Positions 1 to 7,563 of a stretch of DNA of 64,000 nt are shown one piece after another; position 1 is the stretch's first letter; each line of letters begins with the position of its first letter. The DNA is taken from contig JBHIBO010000006.1 in assembly GCA_046759185.1 (NCBI GenBank), positions 992-64,991 on the forward strand. The letters are read 5' to 3'. Origin of the DNA: Thermoplasmata archaeon (GTDB taxonomy: Archaea; Thermoplasmatota; Thermoplasmata; RBG-16-68-12; JAJISG01). The position numbers were made by a program, and so were the translations under genes. The notes beneath the pieces were generated by a model. The model was given only the letters and a program-made list of their open reading frames with translations. It did not search any database and was not told the origin of the DNA.

Positions 1-65
1 GCGAGGCGCTCGATGAGGGCCTTGCGGACACGGCGGTTGAACCGCAGCATGGTCAGGGGCTTCAT
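1..65 (-). CDS. 5' part of a hypothetical protein running off the left edge (MKPLTMLRFNRRVRKALIERL...)
   Basis: ATG at 65 on minus strand, open frame to the window edge, divergent from the gene at 181. Confidence 0.45.
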   Translation of the reverse strand, partial: MKPLTMLRFNRRVRKALIERL

Positions 66-120
66 GCGGGCGGCAGGTGGGAGGCCCCTATAGGGGTTGC
101 CACGTCGATATGGTTGTCCC

Positions 121-169
121 AAACCCTCATATATTCAACTTCATTTGATTTTCTTCCAATCCATTGGAA
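121..169 (+). promoter_or_regulatory. Promoter (BRE/TATA-like) with a perfect inverted repeat TTCCAAT-CC-ATTGGAA near the predicted start site
   Basis: AT-rich stretch AAACCCTCATATAT at 121-134; palindrome at 154-169; GGAGG at 171-175 before ATG 181. Confidence 0.5.
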
Positions 170-180
170 TGGAGGGACCC

Positions 181-1872
181 ATGCCGCGGAGAGGGCTGAT
201 TCTCGCACTTGTCGCACTCCTCTCCTTTGCGGCCCTGGCAGGAACGGCGCCCGGCCAGGACGAGACCGCCTCCGTCCAGGTGATGTTCAACTTCGGGGAC
301 GGCGTTGTCCACTGGGGGGAAGCGAGCCTTCAGGCCAACCGGACCGGGATGACAGCGACGGAGGTCGCCGCCGACGCCCTGGGCCTGTCTGTTGAGGTAA
401 TCCGGTCGGAATTTGGGGCCTTCGTGAGCGACATTGGGGATCACGATCCGGTCTTTCCCCAGTACTTCCATCTCCTGCTCTGGAACACCTCCTCGCGGGA
501 TTGGGAGCTTTCTCCCCTCGGCGCTTCCGACCTCGAGCTGGAGGAGGGGGACGTCCTTGGATGGTTCCTGTCCGCGGACGACCCCGCCTGGGACTTCGTG
601 AGTCCCTGGCCCGGACCGAAGCCCCTGGCGACGCCCACGCATCCCTTCCCCACGCTGGCCTTTCGAGGGGACCGCGCCAACAGTGGGGCCACGGAAAGCG
701 AGGTGGCCGTCTCACCAAGCCTGCGATGGCGTTTCGACGCAGGAGGGGCAGAGATCGGGGCAAGCCCCGTGGGGGCCCTGGGGAGGATCTACCAGGTGAC
801 GCTCTTCAACGGTACCTACGCCCTCGATCTGGAGACGGGGACACGCCTTTGGACGGCTGCGGTTTCCGGCCTCTCGACGCCCACCCTGACTTGGGAAGGC
901 GGAACCGCGGATCTCGTCGTCGGAGCGAAGGATGGTGCCCTCTACCGCCTCGATGGCTCAAGTGGAGCGGTCGTTTGGCGGACGCCCCTCCTGGCGGAAC
1001 CAGGGTTCACAGGGGTTGCTTCCTCCCCCAAGATTAGCGGGGGCCGGGCCCTCGTGGGAATCTTCAACGAATCCGGTGGGTCGGGTGGTCTCGTCTCTGT
1101 GGAGCTCGGAAACGGTTCGGTTCGGTGGCGCCATGCGAGCAGCTCCATTCACATGTCCTCCCCGGCCATCCGAGGAGGCTCGGTCTACGTGGGTCTCATG
1201 GGGTTCTTCAACGGCTCCTCCCTGACGTGGGACCCGCCCCATGGCCTCCTCAGCGTCCACGAGGCCAACGGAACGGAGCGATGGCTCTTCCCCACGTCAG
1301 GTCCCGTCGCGTCCTCACCGGTCGTGGCCGGAGACACCGTCTTCTTCACCACACGAGACGGCTACCTGTACGCTGTGAGTACGGAGGGAACCATGGTGTT
1401 CCGGACGCACATTGGGCCCAGCACCTCCTCCCCGGCCGTCGCATCGGGGATAGTCTATGCCGCCTCGGGGGTCCTGGGAACCGAGGGGAACGTAACAGCA
1501 TTCGACCTGCAGGGAAATCCACTCTGGACGTTCACGCCCAACGGCCCGGTTCAGAGTTCTCTGACTCTTGCAGGCGACCGCTTGATCTTCGCGACGAACA
1601 CCGAGACCGGTACCGTGTACGCGTTGGATGCACCCACCGGGGGCCTGGTGTGGACATACATCCCGGAGCCCCAGCAGCACATCCTCCCCACCCCCGCGGT
1701 CATTGACGGGCTGGTCATCGTCGCCTCGGACAGTGGGTCTGTCTACGCCCTCGGTCCGACCGGCCCTTCACTGGTGGCTCCCGGGACCTTGGCAGCCGCC
1801 ATCGTGCTGATCACGGGGGTCGTCTTGGCCGTCGTGATCATCCTCTACGCCCGGAGGCTGCGGGCCTCTTGA
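181..1872 (+). CDS. Secreted, membrane-anchored protein: DUF4430/transcobalamin-like N-domain + PQQ/BamB-type beta-propeller
   Basis: Signal peptide MPRRGLILALVALL; FGAFVSDIG...GASDLELEEGDVLGW motif; repeated SSP..G...YALD..TG..W propeller blades; C-terminal TM helix + basic tail. Confidence 0.75.
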   Translation: MPRRGLILALVALLSFAALAGTAPGQDETASVQVMFNFGDGVVHWGEASLQANRTGMTATEVAADALGLSVEVIRSEFGAFVSDIGDHDPVFPQYFHLLLWNTSSRDWELSPLGASDLELEEGDVLGWFLSADDPAWDFVSPWPGPKPLATPTHPFPTLAFRGDRANSGATESEVAVSPSLRWRFDAGGAEIGASPVGALGRIYQVTLFNGTYALDLETGTRLWTAAVSGLSTPTLTWEGGTADLVVGAKDGALYRLDGSSGAVVWRTPLLAEPGFTGVASSPKISGGRALVGIFNESGGSGGLVSVELGNGSVRWRHASSSIHMSSPAIRGGSVYVGLMGFFNGSSLTWDPPHGLLSVHEANGTERWLFPTSGPVASSPVVAGDTVFFTTRDGYLYAVSTEGTMVFRTHIGPSTSSPAVASGIVYAASGVLGTEGNVTAFDLQGNPLWTFTPNGPVQSSLTLAGDRLIFATNTETGTVYALDAPTGGLVWTYIPEPQQHILPTPAVIDGLVIVASDSGSVYALGPTGPSLVAPGTLAAAIVLITGVVLAVVIILYARRLRAS

Positions 1873-2303
1873 CATCGCGACTCGGCGATCCCAAGCTTGT
1901 CCTTCTGGTGGCCGTCGCCGTCGTCCTGTCCGTCGCCGGCCTCTACGCTGCCCTGCGCGCGCTGGCTCCTGCACCGGTCCCTCCAGCCACCGTGTCCGTC
2001 ACCCTTCAGATCGAGGCGGCCGATTGGAACCTTTCCTACGCGGCGACCACGACCAACAACACGGTCCTAGGTCTTCTCGTCGAGGCTTCGGCGGCGGAGG
2101 GGTTCCCCATCCAGTACCAATACTGGGAGGACCTGGGCGCCAGCAGGGTGGACGTAATCAACGGAATCCGAAACGGGGCGGGCGGCCTGTGGTGGCAGTA
2201 CTGGGTCAACGGGGCCTACGGACCGGTCGGGGCCGACAGGTATATTCTCGCCGACGGGGATGCCGTCCTTTGGCGGCACACGGTGTACCCACCGGAGACA
2301 TGA
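1869..2303 (+). CDS. Membrane-anchored DUF4430 (transcobalamin C-terminal-like) domain protein
   Basis: N-terminal TM helix; V..INGI...WWQYWVNG....VGAD.Y.L.DGD.V.W motif; overlaps previous stop (TTGA). Confidence 0.75.
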   Translation: MTSRLGDPKLVLLVAVAVVLSVAGLYAALRALAPAPVPPATVSVTLQIEAADWNLSYAATTTNNTVLGLLVEASAAEGFPIQYQYWEDLGASRVDVINGIRNGAGGLWWQYWVNGAYGPVGADRYILADGDAVLWRHTVYPPET

Positions 2304-2304
2304 G

Positions 2305-2922
2305 ATGACGTGGACGTCGCCCTTCCGGATGACCCGGCAGAAAAACACCATCACGATGGCCTTCATTGCCATCGGCGTCGGACTCCGCCTCCTCCTGGCA
2401 GACTACCCGAACATCGAGCCCATCATGGCCTTATCGATTCTGGCCGGGTACTACCTGGGGGGCGTCTACATGATCCTCATACCGCTGAGCATCATGGGCT
2501 TCTCCGACTTCCTCATCTACGGCGCCCTGTACCAGGGTGAGTACGGCCTGTCGCAGATCCTGGGACTGAGCGCCTTCACGTGGACGGGCTTCGTGTTCGC
2601 CGCCCTGATCGGTCGGGCGGCCCGCGGGCGGGTTCTAACGGTGTTCGGGAGCGTGGCCCTGGTTACGGCGATTAGCATCCCAGCCACGATCGCCTACGAC
2701 CTCTGGACCACCCTGGGCGGGTGGTACTTCATCTACGGACCCCTCATGGGTTGGACCCTCTGGGACTCCCTGGTCAACCTGCTGCCCTTCGCCCTCCTCC
2801 ACCTCATCAGCAGCCTCCTGTTCGTCCCCCTCTTCGGGACGCTCTTTGGCCTGCTGCAGTCCAGCGAAGCCTTGGATCGACTGCGGGCCCCGGCCTCCCA
2901 GCCGGAAGAAACCTCGGAGTGA
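2305..2922 (+). CDS. ECF transporter S component, CbrT-like (putative cobalamin)
   Basis: ~205 aa, ~6 TM helices, R....PNIEPI.A.S.LAG motif and LPF.LLH..S motif; follows DUF4430 genes. Confidence 0.65.
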   Translation: MTWTSPFRMTRQKNTITMAFIAIGVGLRLLLADYPNIEPIMALSILAGYYLGGVYMILIPLSIMGFSDFLIYGALYQGEYGLSQILGLSAFTWTGFVFAALIGRAARGRVLTVFGSVALVTAISIPATIAYDLWTTLGGWYFIYGPLMGWTLWDSLVNLLPFALLHLISSLLFVPLFGTLFGLLQSSEALDRLRAPASQPEETSE

Positions 2923-2996
2923 ATCTGCATCAATCAGGGTGGGGGTCGGGAGGCCCCCTCGGCGTTTTTAAGGGGAACGTCATAAGTTCAGCGAGA

Positions 2997-4793
2997 ATGG
3001 CCTCGAAGAAGGACTACCTTTCCATCGGCGACTACGGCCTCATCGGCGACATGAACTCTGCCGCCCTTGTGTCCCGCCAGGGGAGCATCGATTGGTTGTG
3101 CTTCCCGCGGTTCGACTCGCCCAGTGTCTTCGCCCACATCCTGGATCCCAAGCAAGGAGGGCGGCTCGATGTCTCCGTTACCGGGGCGAGAACGGACCAG
3201 GCTTATGTCGAAGACACGAACGTCCTGCGAACCGTCTTCAAGGGACCAGAGGGAACCCTGGAGCTCGTCGATTTCATGCCCTGCTATCGGAAGGACTACG
3301 AGTACGAGGCCTATCACGAGGTCCACCGCCGCCTCCGCTGCTTGAAGGGGAAGGTCACCCTCAACGTGGTTTTTGATCCACGCTTTGGCTACAGCCAGGA
3401 AGAGACCCGCGTGGAGGTCCACGAGGAGGGGTGCCTGGCCGAGGGGGAGTTGACCTGGCTCGCCCTCGCCTCAGACATCCCGTTCCGGGAGGCAGATAGG
3501 GGGGCCACGGCGGAGGTGAGCCTTGAGGAAGGGGAGGAGCGTTGGCTCATCCTGCGGTGGAACGAGGACTTCCTCCGACCCCTTACGGAATTTCTCGCGG
3601 CCGAGAAGCTGGAGAAGACCGTCGATTATTGGAAGGGATGGACGGAGCGCTGCACGTACCGCGGACCTTTCAGGGACCTGGTCCGCCGATCCCTCCTCGC
3701 CTTGAAGCTCATGATCTACGAGCCCACAGGTGCCATCGTCGCCGCGCCCACGACGTCCCTCCCGGAGATTCCGGGGGGGCCGAAGAACTGGGATTATCGG
3801 TACTCCTGGCTCCGGGATGCCGCCTTCGCCCTTCGGGCCTTCCACAAGTGCGGGTACGATGAGGAGGAGCGGGGGTATCGACACTGGGTCATGCGACGGC
3901 TCCAGGGCCACACGTTGCACCCAGAAGAGCTTCAGATCATGTACGGTGTGGAAGGCGACCGGCGTCTCCTCGAACGGTCTCTGCCCCACCTCCGGGGCTA
4001 TCGCGGTGCCAAGCCCGTCCGTGTTGGTAACGCCGCCCACGACCAGCACCAGCTCGACATGTGCGGCGCCCTCATCGACGCCCTGTACCTCAGCTACCGA
4101 ACGGATGAGGACATGAACGACCACGTGTGGCGTACCATTGTCGAACTCGCGGAATTCGTGGCCGCCAAGTGGGAGGAACCTGACTTCGGCATCTGGGAAC
4201 TCCGGGGGGAGAAACGGCGGTACGTTTACTCCCAGGTCATGGCATGGGTAGCCCTCGATCGGGCGGCTCGCGTGGGACGAAGATGGGGTAACCCGCGGCG
4301 CGCAGATCGATGGGAGAAGATTGCGGAGGAGATTCGCGCGCACACCCTCGAGGCCGGGTTCGACAAGGAGCTGAACTCCTTTGTCCAATACGAGGGGGCG
4401 AAGGAGGTGGACGGCAGCCTCCTCCTCATGCCCATCGTCTACTTCATCGACGAGAGCGACCCACGATGGCAGGGTACGTTCGAGCGGATCCAGACCCAGC
4501 TCGCAGACGGGGCTCACATCTGGCGTTTCAAGGACGACGGCCCGCAGGAGGGGAGCTTCCTCATGCTAAGCTTCTGGCTCGCCGATGTCCTCATCCACGG
4601 CGGCCACCTGGAAGTGGGGAGGGACGCCCTGCAGCAGGTCACCGCTTACGCCAATCACCTCGGGCTCTTCGCCGAGATGTGGGACCCCGAAGCGAAGGAG
4701 TTCCTCGGGAACTTCCCTCAGGCCCTCACCCACATGGCCCTCATCAACGCGGCCCACAACCTATGGGACGCCGAAACCGGCACGGCCTCGTGA
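2997..4793 (+). CDS. Glycoside hydrolase family 15 (trehalase/glucoamylase-like)
   Basis: IGDYGLIGD..SAALV, IDWLCFPRFDSPS, NWDYRYSWLRDA, GIWE.RG, GNFPQALTH motifs. Confidence 0.9.
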   Translation: MASKKDYLSIGDYGLIGDMNSAALVSRQGSIDWLCFPRFDSPSVFAHILDPKQGGRLDVSVTGARTDQAYVEDTNVLRTVFKGPEGTLELVDFMPCYRKDYEYEAYHEVHRRLRCLKGKVTLNVVFDPRFGYSQEETRVEVHEEGCLAEGELTWLALASDIPFREADRGATAEVSLEEGEERWLILRWNEDFLRPLTEFLAAEKLEKTVDYWKGWTERCTYRGPFRDLVRRSLLALKLMIYEPTGAIVAAPTTSLPEIPGGPKNWDYRYSWLRDAAFALRAFHKCGYDEEERGYRHWVMRRLQGHTLHPEELQIMYGVEGDRRLLERSLPHLRGYRGAKPVRVGNAAHDQHQLDMCGALIDALYLSYRTDEDMNDHVWRTIVELAEFVAAKWEEPDFGIWELRGEKRRYVYSQVMAWVALDRAARVGRRWGNPRRADRWEKIAEEIRAHTLEAGFDKELNSFVQYEGAKEVDGSLLLMPIVYFIDESDPRWQGTFERIQTQLADGAHIWRFKDDGPQEGSFLMLSFWLADVLIHGGHLEVGRDALQQVTAYANHLGLFAEMWDPEAKEFLGNFPQALTHMALINAAHNLWDAETGTAS

Positions 4794-4841
4794 GAGTCAC
4801 AGGGACCATCCTTTATACCCACACGAAGCTTCGACCGCCCT

Positions 4842-4978
4842 GCGGGGGTAGCCAAGCCCGGTTAACGGCGCAGGACTTAAGATCGCAGGTCCCGAGGAGT
4901 TCCGATGAGACATCCTGTCTCGCAGGAGTTCGTGGGTTCAAAAGGCCCTCACGGGGCCGGAAACTCCCACCCCCCGCA
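4842..4978 (+). tRNA. tRNA-Leu(TAA) with two introns (4882-4911 at 37/38; 4943-4964 at 59/60)
   Basis: Acceptor GCGGGGG/CCCCCGC-A; anticodon stem CAGGA/TCCTG with CT-TAA-G|A; long variable arm; T stem GTGGG/CCCAC with TTCAAA|T restored after splicing; BHB-like motifs at both introns; TTTATA promoter at 4812-4817. Confidence 0.85.
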
Positions 4979-5449
4979 TCACTCTGAGGGCTGCCGGGGA
5001 ACATCCACCTTCCCCCCGGAGGCTTTGACGCGCGCTTCCAGGTCACCCGACCGGAGACCGAAGACGAGGTCCCGGGCCAAGGCGCTGATCTCATCGCGGA
5101 CCTGGCGGTAGTGGGCGACCTCCAACCCCTTGTTGAGCACATTCTCGACCTTCCACGTGAAGTGAGTGCCCCGAAAGTGCTTCATCCGGTCCTCCTCGAT
5201 GTCGGCCTCAATCGTGACGAGGTAGTCCACGTCGATCATGTGCTCGGCGAGGAGGTACCTCGGGTGCTGCCAGTCGACCGCCAGGCCTACCTCAGCCAGG
5301 ACAGTCGTCGCCTGGGGACGTACGAACCCAGCCGGGACTAGACCCGCGCTGAAGAAGTCCATGGAGTCATCTGCGTAGTTCAGGGCAAAGGCCTCCGCCA
5401 TGGGGCCCCGGGCGGCATCATAGGGGGAGACGAAGAGGCCGAGGACCAT
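4979..5449 (-). CDS. LMW-PTP/ArsC-fold protein with degenerate P-loop (no catalytic Cys)
   Basis: LFVSPYDAARGPMAEA aligns with the family LFVC.GN.CRS.MAEA motif; FSAG..PA and W.VE..........Y..VRDEI features retained. Confidence 0.7.
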   Translation of the reverse strand: MVLGLFVSPYDAARGPMAEAFALNYADDSMDFFSAGLVPAGFVRPQATTVLAEVGLAVDWQHPRYLLAEHMIDVDYLVTIEADIEEDRMKHFRGTHFTWKVENVLNKGLEVAHYRQVRDEISALARDLVFGLRSGDLEARVKASGGKVDVPRQPSE

Positions 5450-5522
5450 GGGCTCGCCGGGGGCGCTAGGAGGGGGGGCGCTTTAGGTCTTTCGACCTGG
5501 GCAAAGCGTGCTCGCGGGAGGA

Positions 5523-5840
5523 TCACCGAGGACGAAAGCGAAATCCCTCGCAGGTCGCCCCGTCCACCTCCCGGAGAGGCCCCCAGTCCGGGACGACTCG
5601 CGCGCCGATCTCGACCGGTTCCGTGACTTGTCCCAGAGCCCGCACACCGCCCTCGAACTCGACGATCGCGATGGGGATGGGAGGCGTGAGATCCGGGGGC
5701 GGAACGTGGAGTACGGTGTGCGTGAGCACCCGACCCTCCTTCAAGTCCGCTTCCTCGAACACAGTGCCCCGACATCGAGAGCACACGCGATGGGTCGGAA
5801 AGGTCAGGCGGCCGCACTCCACGCACTTCGCAACCTTCAT
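5523..5840 (-). CDS. DUF35 Zn-ribbon/OB-fold protein (thiolase partner)
   Basis: CxxC..FP....CxxC zinc ribbon followed by OB fold; overlaps thiolase stop. Confidence 0.85.
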   Translation of the reverse strand: MKVAKCVECGRLTFPTHRVCSRCRGTVFEEADLKEGRVLTHTVLHVPPPDLTPPIPIAIVEFEGGVRALGQVTEPVEIGARVVPDWGPLREVDGATCEGFRFRPR

Positions 5841-6985
5841 CCAGGTGCCTCCAAGACGGTTACCACGGAGTCATTCCCAAACCCGGCCACGTTGCAGGCT
5901 AGGCCCACCTGGGCCTGCACCTGGCGATCTCCAGCCTGGCCCAGGAGCTGGGCGCACACCTCCGCAATCTGCGCCACGCCCGTGGCCCCCAGAGGGTGCC
6001 CCTTGGCCTTGAGCCCCCCGCTCGTGTTCACGGGTCGCGAACCCGAGAGGCTTGTGACGCCTTCTTGGGCTGCTTTCCACCCTTGTCCGCGGGGGAACAG
6101 CCCCAGCTCCTCCGTCTGGACCACCTCGAGGATAGTGGCCATGTCGTGAACCTCTGCCACGTCGATGGCTTCAGGCCCGACGCCCGCCATCGCGTACGCT
6201 CGATGCGCAGCAAGACGCACCGCCTTCATGGCCGTGAGGTCTTCCCGTTCGTGGACGACCTGGGTGTCGGAGGCCCCCGCAATGCCCCGCACTCGTACGG
6301 GCCGATCGGCGCCCGGGCCCGCCCCTTCGGACGCTGAGAGGACGAGGGCCGCCGCCCCATCGGTGATCGGGCAGAAGTCGAAAAGGCGCAACGGATCGGC
6401 AATCAGGGGGGACTCTAAGACCCGCTCCATGCTCACCTCCTTCTGGAACTGCGCGTTCGGGTTCCGGGCCCCGTTGTAGTGATTCTTCACTGCGACGGAT
6501 GCCAGCGCCTCGCGGGGGGCGCCGTACTGATCAAGGTAGGCGCAGGCCATGAGCCCCGCATATCCAGGAAGTGTGATGCCTTGGGCCCACTCGACAGGAT
6601 GTGTCAAGCTGGCGATGATTTCCGTCGCACGCCCGGTCTCCACGGAGGTCATCCGCTCGCCCCCGGCGACAAGGACGCGCTCATAGAGGCCGGAGGCGAT
6701 GCCCGCCCAGCCCCACAGGAAGGCCGCCCCTCCGCTTCCGCTCGTGTTCTCGATCTTGGAAGAGAAGGCCGGTTCCAGGCCTAACTCCGACACGAGGGCA
6801 TTCGCGATGCCTGACTTGCCCTCAAACTCCCCGCTGCTCATGTTGCCCACGAAGACGGCGTCGACGCCTTCGGTCCCGCTGGCCTCCAGCGCGGGGAGGG
6901 ATGCCTCGGTAAGGAGGTCGACGACGGATCCCTCGTGCCTTCCGAAGGGGGTCAGGCCGTACGCGAGGACGACCACGTCGCGCAT
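5837..6985 (-). CDS. Thiolase-family (SCP-x-like) protein lacking the nucleophilic Cys
   Basis: KNH.NG..NP.AQF, PL..FD.CPITDGAAA, AEVHD, VNTSGGL.AKGHPLGATG; ENTSGSGG in place of ENACASG. Confidence 0.85.
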   Translation of the reverse strand: MRDVVVLAYGLTPFGRHEGSVVDLLTEASLPALEASGTEGVDAVFVGNMSSGEFEGKSGIANALVSELGLEPAFSSKIENTSGSGGAAFLWGWAGIASGLYERVLVAGGERMTSVETGRATEIIASLTHPVEWAQGITLPGYAGLMACAYLDQYGAPREALASVAVKNHYNGARNPNAQFQKEVSMERVLESPLIADPLRLFDFCPITDGAAALVLSASEGAGPGADRPVRVRGIAGASDTQVVHEREDLTAMKAVRLAAHRAYAMAGVGPEAIDVAEVHDMATILEVVQTEELGLFPRGQGWKAAQEGVTSLSGSRPVNTSGGLKAKGHPLGATGVAQIAEVCAQLLGQAGDRQVQAQVGLACNVAGFGNDSVVTVLEAPG

Positions 6986-7032
6986 GCCCAAGGGTAGGGA
7001 AAGGGCCCTTTAGCCTTTGGCCTGCCCGCCCC

Positions 7033-7123
7033 CCGCAACTCATGGGCCTCCTTCACCGGGCAGGTGGCCATCGCTAATGCGGCGTTCACGCCGATGGTCC
7101 TCAAAGGCCCCTCCGGGTTGCGG
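7033..7123. ncRNA. Candidate structured intergenic RNA (multibranch stem-loop)
   Basis: Nested complementary segments 7033-7041/7115-7123, 7044-7049/7105-7110, 7066-7073/7092-7099 and a CGGCG-TTCA-CGCCG hairpin; strand unknown. Confidence 0.35.
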
Positions 7124-7171
7124 TCTCCCGAAACGCCTTTAAGGGGCTAGGTTTTCTTCCCAACTAGGCCC

Positions 7172-7387
7172 ATGATCAAGCCCTTGGAGATGCTCAACCA
7201 GAGCATGCGAAACGCCGTCCTCGTGGAGCTCAAAGCCGGTCGGGCTTTCCGAGGGACGCTGGAGGGATACGACCCCCACATGAACCTGGTCTTGCGCGAC
7301 GCGGAGGAGCTCGTGGATCGGGAGAGCGTTCGCAAGGTCGATCTGACCGTGGTCCGCGGCGACAACGTCGTCTACGTGTCTCCCTGA
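7172..7387 (+). CDS. Sm-like (Lsm/SmAP1) RNA-binding protein
   Basis: KPLEML, V.VELK.G..FRG.L.GYDPHMNLVL.DAEE, VVRGDNVVYVSP; upstream of rpl37e as is usual in archaea. Confidence 0.92.
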   Translation: MIKPLEMLNQSMRNAVLVELKAGRAFRGTLEGYDPHMNLVLRDAEELVDRESVRKVDLTVVRGDNVVYVSP

Positions 7388-7395
7388 GGTGCGCC

Positions 7396-7563
7396 ATGTC
7401 CAAAGGCACTCCCTCCATGGGGAAGCGGTCCAAGGGCAAGAGCCACATCGTTTGCCGAAGGTGCGGGCGCCACTCATTTAGTATCTCGCGTAACCGATGC
7501 GCCCATTGCGGCTATCTCGGGACCGCAAAACGGCGGAAGTACAACTGGGCCAAGGTGCGGTAA
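7396..7563 (+). CDS. rpl37e: 50S ribosomal protein L37e (55 aa, below the ORF-track cutoff)
   Basis: Translated by hand: MSKGTPSMGKRSKGKSHIVCRRCGRHSFSISRNRCAHCGYLGTAKRRKYNWAKVR; GAGGTG SD upstream. Confidence 0.95.
   Translation: MSKGTPSMGKRSKGKSHIVCRRCGRHSFSISRNRCAHCGYLGTAKRRKYNWAKVR

Noticed and set aside
7060..7100. Fluoride riboswitch (GCTAATG / CGATGG words)
   Set aside because: Motif order and pseudoknot pairing do not fit the crcB consensus and no fluoride-related gene is adjacent.
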